A stretch of DNA of 64,000 nt from a virus, in IMG/VR virus record IMGVR_UViG_3300023174_000074, positions 1 to 64,000 of that record; one strand, written 5' to 3'. The notes beneath the pieces are model-generated. The model did no database searches and was not told the DNA's origin. It saw only the letters and a list, made by a program, of their open reading frames with translations. This document shows positions 1-10,107 of this stretch, one piece after another. A program made the translations under genes and the position numbers. How positions within the stretch are numbered: the stretch's first letter is position 1; each line of letters begins with the position of its first letter.

Positions 1-710
1 GTGGAACTTCAGGTACTTCAGGATCAGCAGGATCAGCAGGATCAGCAGGAACTTCAGGAACTAGCGGTACCTCAGGATCAGCAGGAACTTCAGGATCAGC
101 GGGTACTTCAGGATCAGCAGGTACATCAGGATCAAGTGGATCATCCGGTTTAAGTGGTGTTTCTGTTTACCCATATAACATCAACAGACTTTCTGGTGGC
201 AAATATTACCCTGTTATAGCATCACACTGGGCAAATACAAATGGTGTTCTAACTATAAATCAATTAGTAGTTATGAAAGCTATAATAGGAGCAACACAAT
301 CGTTCACTGGCTTAGCTTGTTTATCAGCTGGAACAGCTTCTGCAATGGCAAGAATGGTTGTATATTTAGATAATGGCTCTGGTGGAATAGGTGCTCTTGA
401 TTTTGATTCAGGACAAGTTTCAATAAGTGGTTCTGGTATAAAAGACTTTTCATTTGGTGGAACAAAAACGTATAGTGGAATAATATGGGTAGGTTATGTT
501 CCTCAATCAGTTTCTGGTTCAGTTAATAAGTTTCCAGCTTCGTTACTAGGTACTGATTTATTCGTAGCAGTTTCAAGTCCTTATTCAGTAGGACCTGGTA
601 TAGCATATGCATTAACTAGTATCACAGGAGCACCACCAAATCCATGGGGCGCTACTTATACTGATGTATCACCTTCAAGTTGTCCAATAATTTACTTAAA
701 AACACTATAA
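1..710 (+). CDS. 3' part of Ser/Gly/Thr-repeat fibre-like virion protein (5' truncated by window)
   Basis: Frame open from position 3 (GTSGTSGSAGSAG...) into the 273..710 ORF; (G-S/T-S)n repeats followed by a beta-rich C-terminal domain. Confidence 0.7.
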   Translation, partial: GTSGTSGSAGSAGSAGTSGTSGTSGSAGTSGSAGTSGSAGTSGSSGSSGLSGVSVYPYNINRLSGGKYYPVIASHWANTNGVLTINQLVVMKAIIGATQSFTGLACLSAGTASAMARMVVYLDNGSGGIGALDFDSGQVSISGSGIKDFSFGGTKTYSGIIWVGYVPQSVSGSVNKFPASLLGTDLFVAVSSPYSVGPGIAYALTSITGAPPNPWGATYTDVSPSSCPIIYLKTL

Positions 711-715
711 AAAAC

Positions 716-982
716 ATGAAACAATTTCAATTAGACAAACCTTATAAGTTTATTTACCAAAGAGAAATCATTAATGAGATTTCTAAAACTACAGATTTAC
801 TAGAACGTTCAGTAATAGACACAGGAACAGAAGTAAATGCACATATTTATTTTGAAGGGCAAACAGATCCTTTACAGTTAAGTCTATGGAACAGTGATAC
901 TACTCCAACTTATCAAACAATAGGAAACTGGACAGACGAACAAGTAAATAACAGAATTCTTGAAATATTACAATTAAGCTAA
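716..982 (+). CDS. hypothetical phage protein
   Basis: ATG at 716 after A-rich leader; IGNWTDEQV motif resembles small tail-associated proteins. Confidence 0.55.
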   Translation: MKQFQLDKPYKFIYQREIINEISKTTDLLERSVIDTGTEVNAHIYFEGQTDPLQLSLWNSDTTPTYQTIGNWTDEQVNNRILEILQLS

Positions 983-1176
983 TGCCTGTTCACACAACAA
1001 AAGACACAAAGGGATGTTATGCCCAATGGGGAGATCATGGAGCTAGATATTATTATGAATGTGGTAATAAAGAAGCTAGACAAAAAGCAAAAGCATCTGC
1101 ATACAAGCAAGGTCTTGCAACAGGAGAGTTTGTAGTAGAAATGGCTAATAAGGGAAACAAGAAAAGTAAATGTTAA
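982..1176 (+). CDS. small basic phage hypothetical protein
   Basis: TAATG overlap with upstream gene; WGxxGxxYYY motif. Confidence 0.6.
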   Translation: MPVHTTKDTKGCYAQWGDHGARYYYECGNKEARQKAKASAYKQGLATGEFVVEMANKGNKKSKC

Positions 1177-1529
1177 ACCAAGCACTTACTCAAGCATATA
1201 AACAAGTTATTCTTGATAACAGACTCTATGACACTGGAGCTCTTCATGCTTCTATTTCTGTTGATGCTACATTAAATGGTAATCAACTAGAGATAACAAT
1301 AAGTGCTCTTGATTACTTGAAATATCATCTAGAAAGTTATAGACTCACTGAAGATTTTACAAATAGGCCTGAATTTTCTAATGAAATAGGAAATATATAT
1401 GCTAAATATGTAGAAAATCAGGTGTTTAATGCAATAAGATATGGACTTATGTACATCAAGAAGATCAAGTGGTTCTTCAGGATCTTCCGGATCTTCCGGA
1501 TCTTCCGGATCTTCCGGTACTTCAGGTAG
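1170..1529 (+). CDS. neck/tail-completion-like protein, apparently truncated near 1440
   Basis: DTGALxxSI motif resembles HK97 gp10-like proteins; C-terminus runs out of frame into the SG repeat (FRIFRIFRI). Confidence 0.4.
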   Translation: MLNQALTQAYKQVILDNRLYDTGALHASISVDATLNGNQLEITISALDYLKYHLESYRLTEDFTNRPEFSNEIGNIYAKYVENQVFNAIRYGLMYIKKIKWFFRIFRIFRIFRIFRYFR

Positions 1530-2735
1530 TTCAGGATCATCCGGTTCAAGTGGATCTTCAGGTACAAGTGGATCAAGTGGTACTTCAGGATCAAGTGGAA
1601 GTAGTGGTACATCCGGTAGTTCAGGATCAAGTGGAACTTCTGGTTCATCCGGTTCAAGTGGTTCTGCTGGAACATCAGGTAGTTCAGGCTCAAGTGGCTC
1701 ATCAGGTAGCTCTGGTACAAGTGGTTCATCAGGATCTTCAGGTAGTTCAGGTACAAGCGGATCTTCCGGTAGTTCTGGATCAAGTGGATCATCCGGATCT
1801 AGTGGAACTTCTGGTTCTTCAGGATCAAGTGGTACATCAGGATCAAGTGGTTCTTCTGGAACTTCGGGATCATCAGGATCTGCTGGTACTTCGGGTGTAT
1901 CTGTGACAATACTGAATAACACGGATAACTACATCGTAACAGCAACAGGTACTGACAATCAGATTAACGGGGAATCTAAATTGACATTTGATGGTACTAT
2001 ATTAGCAGTTACGGGTAATAAAATTATCACAGGTACATCAACTTTTGGTAACGGAACATTTACAAAAGCAGGGTCCGCAACTGGGGATGTTATTTTAGAT
2101 AATAGTGGAACAGATACTCCTGGTGTTTTGTTTTATTACGGCAATAATTCAAATTATGGTATTGATAGCTGGAATGGGTCATTTGATGTTTTAAGTGGTC
2201 AGTTAGTTCATATCACAAATAAATTAAATGAAACTGGCGGAGCCGTAAAGATGGCGATAGACACATCAGGTAATCTGGTGATGACTGGTTTTATAAAAGC
2301 AAATGCATGGAGACCAGGTCAGGTAATTAATGATATTATTTTGAGTAATACCGAAGTAACTATCAGTACAACAACTATTGCAACTAGTAATTCTGATACC
2401 GATTTCTTAACTTATAGTTATACCCCATTAAGTGCTACAAGTTATTTAGTTATACATTATCATTTAGCTAGTTTTTCATTTGAGGGGGAACAGGTAATGA
2501 CTCATATTTTTCCAGAATAAAAGTAGATGGTGGAGAAATAACATATTCTAGACAAAGTACTGTAAATGGTAACCGTACGGGAGTATTATTCCCTCTTACT
2601 GGTAGATATACAAACTCTAATACTACTGCTAAATCAATAGTTGTTGCCGCAAGAAGAGATTCTGCAGACGATAGCATTACTATAGTGAATTCAGCAACAT
2701 CAATGTGGCTAAGAATAACAGAAATTGCCCGATAA
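1441..2735 (+). pseudogene. Ser/Gly-repeat tail-fibre-like gene, N-terminally truncated and frameshifted at a G5 run (2484-2488)
   Basis: ~150 aa (GSS/GTS)n, then fibre-like domain; -1 frame continues GTGNDSYFSRIKVDGG...MWLRITEIAR* to TAA 2733-2735. Confidence 0.6.
1465..1895 (+). repeat. degenerate 9-bp tandem repeat encoding G-S/T-S
   Basis: ggatcttcc/ggttcaagt/ggtacttca units seen directly. Confidence 0.9.
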
Positions 2736-2842
2736 ATATTATATTGGGCTGGGTTCAAACACTCAATCCATTATTCAGAAAATAGGATAATCCTTAGAAC
2801 TTTTCCGGATATTTCTGTATAATATCAATTAACACAAACTAA

Positions 2843-3250
2843 ATGGCAGTACAAATTTATTTACCAGAGAAAGTTTACGTGTCACCTAGCCCAATTCATG
2901 GCTATGGGGTTTTTGCTAAATCCCGAATTGGAAAAGGAGAGATTATAGAGGAATGCACAGTTATAGGTCTGGATCTTCATGTAAATGAATCGTGTTGGCA
3001 CGTGCTTGAACACTATCGATTTATGTGGCCTAGCTTTTCCCCGAATAAGCAGGTTATTCCAACCGGATATGGAGCACTTTACAATCACTCAAATTCACCA
3101 AACGCAACATGGAAAAGCTCTGAACAAAGGGAGACTTTTTTCTTCTATGCAATTAGAGATATAGAGCAGAACGAGGAGATCTTCACTTTTTATGGTGGTG
3201 AAGATTACTGGGGGCAAGGCAACCGCATGAAACCAGGAGAACTAAAGTAA
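2843..3250 (+). CDS. SET-domain protein lysine methyltransferase
   Basis: SPIHGYGVFA, YNHSxSPN and RDIxxNEEIxxxYG motifs. Confidence 0.9.
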   Translation: MAVQIYLPEKVYVSPSPIHGYGVFAKSRIGKGEIIEECTVIGLDLHVNESCWHVLEHYRFMWPSFSPNKQVIPTGYGALYNHSNSPNATWKSSEQRETFFFYAIRDIEQNEEIFTFYGGEDYWGQGNRMKPGELK

Positions 3251-3261
3251 ATATATAGTGT

Positions 3262-3687
3262 ATGAAGTACCTGCTAGAATATGAAAAATACAGCCCTGAC
3301 GAGGAATACAAATCCGATTCTAGAAGATCCCTTAATCTGGATCTTGTTAGGAAAACCGTTGATTATAAAAGACTAATAGATCTTGGATTCAAAGAGGATA
3401 CCTCGCATCAGCAAGAAATCAATAACACACTAAAATTTGTTAGATCAACAAATAATAAAAATGAGAAGGGCCACGATAAGGTATTCTACACTGTTCATCC
3501 AACGGGAAAGGTTAGAAGATACAACCCACTGAAAAACGAGGATAATCCGGGTGAAAGAATGGAGGGTAATGGCAACGACATAAAGGATTTCGGCAAGCCT
3601 TTTAGTAGACCATCAGAGTACGGAAAGGGTTTAAGATATCTTTGGCAGTATATTAAACGCAAACAAGAAAGAGGTAATTATAGATAA
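3262..3687 (+). CDS. hypothetical protein with capsid-targeting-like N-terminus
   Basis: ORF; starts MKYLLEYEKY; ATATATA motif upstream. Confidence 0.65.
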   Translation: MKYLLEYEKYSPDEEYKSDSRRSLNLDLVRKTVDYKRLIDLGFKEDTSHQQEINNTLKFVRSTNNKNEKGHDKVFYTVHPTGKVRRYNPLKNEDNPGERMEGNGNDIKDFGKPFSRPSEYGKGLRYLWQYIKRKQERGNYR

Positions 3688-3917
3688 TGTGTAATTGTAC
3701 ATCAAGCGGATTTGAATTTGAACCCATTAAAAGGGATATGTCAAAGGAGGAAAGTAAAATTCTAAATAAGTGGATATTAGACAATATGAACCGAAGGCTT
3801 CTGATACAGAATCCTATATACGATATATACAACGATATAATTGGATACATCACTAAGAATCCGGACGGCAATATCGTTCGTATTTTTAAAACCAATATAA
3901 AACAAATTTTAGATTAA
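3687..3917 (+). CDS. hypothetical protein
   Basis: ORF tightly packed in operon. Confidence 0.55.
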   Translation: MCNCTSSGFEFEPIKRDMSKEESKILNKWILDNMNRRLLIQNPIYDIYNDIIGYITKNPDGNIVRIFKTNIKQILD

Positions 3918-3921
3918 TAAT

Positions 3922-4383
3922 ATGTTTCACCCAACAGGAAAATTACCAAACGGAAAAACCTTAATCTGTATGATGGATGAGGAAGAAGAATTAGATAGCA
4001 TCATAGATGAATGTGGATCTTCAAAACAATATGTTAAAGCCGTTACCGAATGGCTAAACGAAAATGATTACTGCGTAGAATGCTGGCAGTTAAAAGAATA
4101 CCTTAAAGCTAAAGGTATGGAGGAAGGAAAAATGAATGAGGATATGGTTGCAGCAGCAGCGCCAGCACCAGGATTAGCTACTTTAGGTAATGTGTCAGGA
4201 ATGGGTAATCCATCACCTCCTAGCTCTGCAGGTGCTACTAATAGCGGATTTTATAATCCTGCTAATAACGGATCAGGGGATAAATTCACTAGTCTTACAG
4301 CAGGAACAGGAGCAGCTAGGAATAAGAAAGCAAAGACCGTTGATAACTATTTAGAATTCGTAAAGAAAAGAAAGAAGAAATAA
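3922..4383 (+). CDS. hypothetical protein with low-complexity C-terminal half
   Basis: ORF followed by terminator. Confidence 0.6.
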   Translation: MFHPTGKLPNGKTLICMMDEEEELDSIIDECGSSKQYVKAVTEWLNENDYCVECWQLKEYLKAKGMEEGKMNEDMVAAAAPAPGLATLGNVSGMGNPSPPSSAGATNSGFYNPANNGSGDKFTSLTAGTGAARNKKAKTVDNYLEFVKKRKKK

Positions 4384-4403
4384 TATTTCCATTAATATGA
4401 CAA

Positions 4404-4429
4404 GCCCGGTCGAAAGATCGGGTTTTTTT
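4404..4429 (+). terminator. intrinsic terminator
   Basis: GCCCGGTC-GAAA-GATCGGGT followed by T run. Confidence 0.85.
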
Positions 4430-4461
4430 CGATATATAGTATTGTAAAAAAAAGAAAATAG

Positions 4462-5034
4462 ATGAAAACATTTAAACATTTTAAAGGAGGTACTAACGAA
4501 GGTCTAGAGTTAGAAGGAGTAGAAATAACATCTACTCCTATGGTTTGCACACCGAAATCTCTTCCTGCTGATATCGTTGCAGTATTTGAAAAAAGATTAG
4601 CCGACGAATACACAGCACACTATACATATAGAAACGCAGCTAACTGGTGCAAGAACGCAAACTATAAAAAAGCAGCAGTTTATTTCGAAGGCGAAGCAGC
4701 CGAAGAATTAGAACATGCTAAAGGTTTACAGGATTACTTAACACAATGGAACATCCTTCCCCAGATTCCTGCAGTGATTGTACCTAACGAATTCGATTCT
4801 TTGGTTGGTATTATTGACGAGGCATATGATATCGAGTATAAATTACTTCAAAGCTATTCTGCTATGCAGCATGCTCTTTGTGACGTTCACCCAGCAACAT
4901 TTAACTTCATCCAAAAATATGTTGATATTCAGAATGAGTCAGTTGGAGTATATTCAGATTTATTAAATGCACTTATGCTGATCAACATCGATAACAAATT
5001 GGATCTTTTATTCTTCGAAGAAAGATACTTCTAA
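4462..5034 (+). CDS. ferritin-like protein
   Basis: E..A..Y, EELEHA, E...Q..E ferroxidase-type residues of the four-helix ferritin fold. Confidence 0.85.
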   Translation: MKTFKHFKGGTNEGLELEGVEITSTPMVCTPKSLPADIVAVFEKRLADEYTAHYTYRNAANWCKNANYKKAAVYFEGEAAEELEHAKGLQDYLTQWNILPQIPAVIVPNEFDSLVGIIDEAYDIEYKLLQSYSAMQHALCDVHPATFNFIQKYVDIQNESVGVYSDLLNALMLINIDNKLDLLFFEERYF

Positions 5035-5060
5035 TAACACATATAAATTATTTGATAGAT

Positions 5061-5090
5061 GCCGAGCTAATTAGCTCGGCTTTATTTTTT
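5061..5090 (+). terminator. intrinsic terminator (20-bp palindrome)
   Basis: GCCGAGCTAATTAGCTCGGC plus T-rich tail. Confidence 0.75.
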
Positions 5091-5115
5091 ATCCCGGGAC
5101 TATTCATTATATTTG
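5091..5115 (+). promoter_or_regulatory. ATCCCG-N11-TAnnTTTG promoter (Bacteroidota -7 box plus upstream box)
   Basis: ATCCCG 5091, TATATTTG 5108; same spacing at 7679-7703(-), 21558 and 54578. Confidence 0.7.
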
Positions 5116-5125
5116 CTAAAAAATA

Positions 5126-5371
5126 ATGAATATGGAAATAGCAAAACAAAAATTAAAACAATTTATTGACTCAAATTTTAATGAATTTAGTAATTTAGGT
5201 AAATCTGAGGTAACAGAAATCAGTGCTGAAGAATTTGATACTGACGTAATTAACTATTTAAAAACGTGTATCGAAAATAGATTTGATTATGAGGATATTT
5301 GTATTTATTACGTCGATCGTAAAATTGGAAAGACCACTAACGAAATTTGGGTTGAAAATATGAATTCATAA
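5126..5371 (+). CDS. hypothetical protein
   Basis: ORF downstream of promoter. Confidence 0.6.
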   Translation: MNMEIAKQKLKQFIDSNFNEFSNLGKSEVTEISAEEFDTDVINYLKTCIENRFDYEDICIYYVDRKIGKTTNEIWVENMNS

Positions 5372-5373
5372 AA

Positions 5374-6186
5374 ATGCCAGAAGGACCAGAAGTAAGAAGA
5401 ATGGCTGAGGGATTAGCCAAAAGAATAGTTAATAAAGAACTAACCGAGGCTGAAATACTTGGAGGAAAATGGATAAAGAAAGAACCCACCGGGATTTCAC
5501 TTATCAGGGAAGCATTATCAGCAGGACCACTTCAGGTTGACTGGGTTAAAGTCAAGGGTAAATTCATCTACGCTAAAATTGGTGACCTATACATGTGGAA
5601 TACATTAGGTATGAGCGGTGGATGGAGGGATCTTAGAGGAAAGCATTCCCATTTTGTACTTAGATTTTCCGACTCATCTGAGGTTTTCTTTGAGGATGTA
5701 AGAAGATTTGGCAACATATCCTTTTATCGCACCTACCAGGAGATTGAGAATAAATTGAAACAGGCAGGACCGGATATGCTGAATGAGAATGTCAGTCTGG
5801 AGACATTTATTAGCAGGCTACATAAAAGACCTAATAAAAATATCTGCCAATTGCTCATGGACCAGAAGGTTATCTCAGGAGTTGGCAACTATATAAAATC
5901 AGAAGCACTCTACCACTCTGGTATCAATCCACATATAACACCATCTGAGATGACTGATCCGCAGATAAAGTCGCTTTGGAGCTGGATATGTACCATAATA
6001 AAAACTTCGTATGAACAAGGAGGTGCAACACTAGCCACCTATACCGATATGGATAACAATCATGGGGACTTCGTTTTCTCATTCCGTGTATATCGTAAAG
6101 AATCAGATCCGCTAGGAAACAATGTTATCCACGAGATCACACCGGATGGTAGAATGACCCATTGGGTTCCCGAAATTCAAAAGTAA
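5374..6186 (+). CDS. Fpg/Nei-family DNA glycosylase/AP lyase (no zinc finger)
   Basis: N-terminal MPEGPEV, KGKF, DVRRFG, LMDQKVISGVGNYIKSE H2TH motif. Confidence 0.92.
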   Translation: MPEGPEVRRMAEGLAKRIVNKELTEAEILGGKWIKKEPTGISLIREALSAGPLQVDWVKVKGKFIYAKIGDLYMWNTLGMSGGWRDLRGKHSHFVLRFSDSSEVFFEDVRRFGNISFYRTYQEIENKLKQAGPDMLNENVSLETFISRLHKRPNKNICQLLMDQKVISGVGNYIKSEALYHSGINPHITPSEMTDPQIKSLWSWICTIIKTSYEQGGATLATYTDMDNNHGDFVFSFRVYRKESDPLGNNVIHEITPDGRMTHWVPEIQK

Positions 6187-6587
6187 TGGGAGGAAGAGAG
6201 ATACTAATACAGGAGGATTATCTGAAAGAGCCCTGGAAAATCATGGTTTGCTGTATCCTCCTAAATCAAACAAACAACAAGCAGGTAAGACCAATTTTAA
6301 GCTCCGTATTTGAGCTTATACCCAATCCTTTATCTACTATTGGATGTGATCCTGAAATGCTGGCAGCGGTCATAAAAACAACAGGATTTCAGAATGTAAA
6401 AGCATCTCGTATAATAAAACTTAGTCAAAAATGGGTTGATGGATTTGATGATGCTATCGATCTACCTGGGATAGGTAAATACGGAAGAGATTCTTGGGAG
6501 ATATTCGTTAACGGTAATGTTAACCTGGAGGTTACCGATAAAAAGCTTGACGCTTACCTAAGGGCTATTAATATACCTTCCAATTAG
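6186..6587 (+). CDS. MBD4-like HhH-GPD DNA glycosylase
   Basis: PWKIMVCCILLNQT, LPGIGKYGRDSWEIF, DKKLxxY. Confidence 0.85.
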   Translation: MGGREILIQEDYLKEPWKIMVCCILLNQTNNKQVRPILSSVFELIPNPLSTIGCDPEMLAAVIKTTGFQNVKASRIIKLSQKWVDGFDDAIDLPGIGKYGRDSWEIFVNGNVNLEVTDKKLDAYLRAINIPSN

Positions 6588-6668
6588 GAATAATTACTAT
6601 GCTTTTCATGTTACGCTTTTTAATAGGCATAACATACTCAACAAATTCTTCAAATAGTTTTATACGTC

Positions 6669-7667
6669 TCAAGCTTCGTCTATTATTTTTAAGCAAACTT
6701 CATTAACAAATTCTTCCATATCTTTTGGATCTATTGTGTCCACTGAGTCTGACATTTTGTGGCAGTTGAATAACATTTTGAAGTTTAGGTATTTACCATC
6801 CTTATTTATAACTGGGCTTTTTTCCTCAGTTACAGGAAGAGGATTAATCACAGTGCTGTTTATCCCATATTTCTTGAAGATTACTGAATCGTTAAATGGT
6901 ACGTTTACAATTGGACATTCGAATCTATTTGCGATCCAATCTGTTAAAGGTGTTCCCATTGCTCCTACAAAGAAACTTTTACCTCCTTTACCGGTTAGCT
7001 CTAAGTTAAGTACCCATTTACATTTGAAATCTCCTGCTTTGATTCTTTGTGCTAGCTGGTTAGATCCTATACCTCCGAATTCCTCGCCATCTAATATAAC
7101 GACATTTACTTCGGGTCTTAGCTTCTTAATCATTAAAGCGTTTATAACTGAGCAAGAATTATCATTGGCATTATCAGAATCTTTATTTACGATGTCATGA
7201 TGTGCTACGACAAATTTATCCGATGATCCAGGAAGAACGATATTGAAGTAGCTGTTAACATTTCTTTTAATCTCTCCTGCGATTGCTTTTAACTTTTCTG
7301 AATACTCGTCTTCTAATTGATAGAATTGTTCTTCGTGAAAATCATAAGCTTCTTCGTCGTCTTCTAATCCAGATTCTTTGAAGTCTGTATCTAGAGCTTC
7401 AACTTTTTCTCTAAATTCTTTATATAGATCTAAAGCTTCTTTTCTTTTTACCGGTGACAACGTATCTACGATATAACGGAAATCTCTCATCGTCACATCA
7501 GCTTCTCCGTTAGATTTGCTATCAGAGAAAGTATCTAACTCGTATTTAAGCCCCATCTGATCACAAAGATCAAGTATGAAATTTACTCTAGGTGTTGGAA
7601 GCTCTCCGTTTCTAAAGCAGTTTCCTAAATTTTTGACTTTACAAAAGTCGTATATCTTTGAATACAT
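6669..7667 (-). CDS. M28-family zinc peptidase
   Basis: AHHD, ANDNSCSV, DGEEFG, LEL, C-terminal HxxxD. Confidence 0.8.
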   Translation of the reverse strand: MYSKIYDFCKVKNLGNCFRNGELPTPRVNFILDLCDQMGLKYELDTFSDSKSNGEADVTMRDFRYIVDTLSPVKRKEALDLYKEFREKVEALDTDFKESGLEDDEEAYDFHEEQFYQLEDEYSEKLKAIAGEIKRNVNSYFNIVLPGSSDKFVVAHHDIVNKDSDNANDNSCSVINALMIKKLRPEVNVVILDGEEFGGIGSNQLAQRIKAGDFKCKWVLNLELTGKGGKSFFVGAMGTPLTDWIANRFECPIVNVPFNDSVIFKKYGINSTVINPLPVTEEKSPVINKDGKYLNFKMLFNCHKMSDSVDTIDPKDMEEFVNEVCLKIIDEA

Positions 7668-7708
7668 ATTGTTTTTTACAAATTTAATGAATTAATACGG
7701 GATAAAAA

Positions 7709-8014
7709 TTAATTTCTCTTTTTAGATGCTTTATCTTTAAATGAGTCTTTTATGTATCCTGTTATCTGAGCCCCTGATTTTTTACCTTCATTTAAAAATT
7801 TATTGAATTTCTCTGATTTACCCTCTTCGTCTAGAAAATCGTGAAAATATGCTGCCTCGAACATGGCGTCAAAAACTTCTGGAAGCTGCTGATTTTGTGT
7901 TTTGTAATTTCTTGAATTAACTCTAATTTCCGAATTTTGTCCTGGAACGTCTATGCTACCGGGTGAATCTAGCCATTCATTAATAAACATGTGGATATTT
8001 TTTAAATTTTTCAT
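7709..8014 (-). CDS. hypothetical protein with capsid-targeting-like N-terminus
   Basis: MKNLKNIHMFINE; GATATATA at 8020-8027 on minus strand. Confidence 0.6.
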   Translation of the reverse strand: MKNLKNIHMFINEWLDSPGSIDVPGQNSEIRVNSRNYKTQNQQLPEVFDAMFEAAYFHDFLDEEGKSEKFNKFLNEGKKSGAQITGYIKDSFKDKASKKRN

Positions 8015-8094
8015 CTTTTTATATATCTTACTGAAACTTAAATAAAGATTGAAATAAAAAGATAGTATCTATATAAAACATACACAAATAAAAA

Positions 8095-9492
8095 ATGATC
8101 GTAGACATTGAGAATAAAGGGGAATATCTTAAAGTATCACACTTCACGGAGGAAGGCGATTTATCTTTTTTAGATGTCCCTATTCCGGAATCAGAAAGAT
8201 TTGTTTGGGAAAAATGCAGTCCTAGCAATTCCTCTAAGGATAAAGAATGGAAAACCTGGACGGGTGACTCTGTAAAGAAACTAAAAACTAAAAAATACGA
8301 CAAATACAGGATGGCTCAGATTTTAATTGAGGCAGATCCTGAACTAACAGCTCCACTTTGGATATATCAAAATCCTAAGAAATATTTTGTCGATATTGAG
8401 GTTGAGATAACCGAGGATATGGCAGCAGCACTAGACACGGAGAATGCTAAAAATAGAGTCATTTCGATAGGTATTGCAACGGATAAATGTAAATTAATAG
8501 TTTTAGGTCTAGATCCACTGACTCCTGAACAGCAAGCTAGTATCTATAAGAAAACCAATGAATATTTCAAAAAGTTTGGCGACGAATGGTCTTTTAAATA
8601 TAAACAGTTTGAGACCGAATATGATATGTTGTACACATTCTTTAAAGAGCTTGGTCCTAAAATGCCAGTTATGACAGGATGGAACTGGCTAGGTTATGAC
8701 TGGCCCTATCTTATTAATAGAGCGAAGAAACTTGGGATTGATCCAAAAATTATTTCACCTGGCGGGTATCTTATAGGGAAACAACAGCTACCCGCTCATC
8801 TACTAATGTTTGACTACTTAGAAATCTACAAGAAGTGGGACAGAGTTATCAAGATTAAAGAAAGTAATAGATTGGATTACGTAGCAGACAAAGCAATAGG
8901 ACTTAAAAAAATTGAATATAATGGGACACTTCGAGACCTCTATCAATCAAACTTCGAAGACTTTATTTACTATAACGTAGTTGACTGCGCTTTAGTACAT
9001 TACATCGATCAGAAATTAAAGACAATGCAGACTTTCTTTAAAATAGCTATGATTAGCGGGGTGGAGATAAATAGATGCCTTTCTCCGGTTTGGTCAACAG
9101 AAGTATTAATGCTTAGGAAATTCTTAGATCGCAAACAGTTATTTGTCGTGGAAAACAGGGAGGAAGTACACGTAAAATTTGCGGGTGGATATGTTAAAGA
9201 ACCCATAACGGGACTACATGAATGGGTGGCATGCTATGACTTTGCGTCGCTATATCCAAATACAATGGTTCAGTGGAACATCTCACCAGAGGCATATAGA
9301 GGTAAAAATCCGGTAAATCCCAAAGATGATTGGATTAGGACAGCATCCGGAGCATGCTTTGCCTCCGACGAAGAAGATCCGATACTTAAAATAATTATTA
9401 AGGATTTGTACGCTAAACGTCGTAAAACGAAGGATAAAATGCTAGAGCTAGAATATGAAATCGATCAGCTGAAAAAAAAGATAGGTAAATAG
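8095..9492 (+). CDS. family B DNA polymerase, N-terminal subunit (3'-5' exonuclease plus motif A)
   Basis: DIE (ExoI), GWNxxxYD (ExoII), YNxxD (ExoIII), GGYV and DFASLYP; ends in the first fingers helix with no motif B or C. Confidence 0.92.
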   Translation: MIVDIENKGEYLKVSHFTEEGDLSFLDVPIPESERFVWEKCSPSNSSKDKEWKTWTGDSVKKLKTKKYDKYRMAQILIEADPELTAPLWIYQNPKKYFVDIEVEITEDMAAALDTENAKNRVISIGIATDKCKLIVLGLDPLTPEQQASIYKKTNEYFKKFGDEWSFKYKQFETEYDMLYTFFKELGPKMPVMTGWNWLGYDWPYLINRAKKLGIDPKIISPGGYLIGKQQLPAHLLMFDYLEIYKKWDRVIKIKESNRLDYVADKAIGLKKIEYNGTLRDLYQSNFEDFIYYNVVDCALVHYIDQKLKTMQTFFKIAMISGVEINRCLSPVWSTEVLMLRKFLDRKQLFVVENREEVHVKFAGGYVKEPITGLHEWVACYDFASLYPNTMVQWNISPEAYRGKNPVNPKDDWIRTASGACFASDEEDPILKIIIKDLYAKRRKTKDKMLELEYEIDQLKKKIGK

Positions 9493-9582
9493 AAAATAAA
9501 GAACATCGAGCCGCTTAAACCATATCGATATATAAAACCCAGCGGAAACACTCAAGTAAGTAAACAATTAAAAAAGACAAAT

Positions 9583-10062
9583 ATGGCAAACACAGACAAT
9601 CAATGCAAGGACCTTATTATTGAGGGGGATTACGTAAAGTCCACACACCACTTGGACACATTAATGACATTACAGAAGAATACTCAGGAGAATGTATATG
9701 GCTACGATTTCGCAAATCTCTCTTTGGGAGAAATTAAAGACTTTTGGCTTTGGAACACCAGAGCAATCGATGACGAAATTTCGGAAGCATATGACGCTCT
9801 AGGCGGGGTTTCAAATAATGGTGAAACATCAATAGGTAACGCAGTTTGGAAACCCTGGAAAAGTAATTACAAGAAAGGATATGAAATGAAAGTATCAGAT
9901 CTTTCTGAAGACGATGTTAAAGAGTTAAAAATGGAATTGGTGGATATCCAGCACTTTTTGTTCAATATGATGATTTCTGTTGGCATGAATGCGGAGGAGC
10001 TTTATGACTATTATTTAAGTAAGAATAAAGAGAATATCAGAAGAGCTAATAGCGGATACTAA
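9583..10062 (+). CDS. all-alpha dimeric dCTPase/dUTPase (MazG-like, T4 gp56-like)
   Basis: DEISE...WKPWK...ELVDIQHF...KNKENIRR..SGY. Confidence 0.8.
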   Translation: MANTDNQCKDLIIEGDYVKSTHHLDTLMTLQKNTQENVYGYDFANLSLGEIKDFWLWNTRAIDDEISEAYDALGGVSNNGETSIGNAVWKPWKSNYKKGYEMKVSDLSEDDVKELKMELVDIQHFLFNMMISVGMNAEELYDYYLSKNKENIRRANSGY

Positions 10063-10107
10063 TTCTTTCTGATCTTAGCAAAATAAAAAATAAAAATAAA
10101 CATTATT

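Noticed and set aside
1329-1922. Long Pro/Asp/Glu/Leu-rich ORFs on the minus strand and alternative frames
   Set aside because: Shadow frames of the 9-bp Ser/Gly repeat
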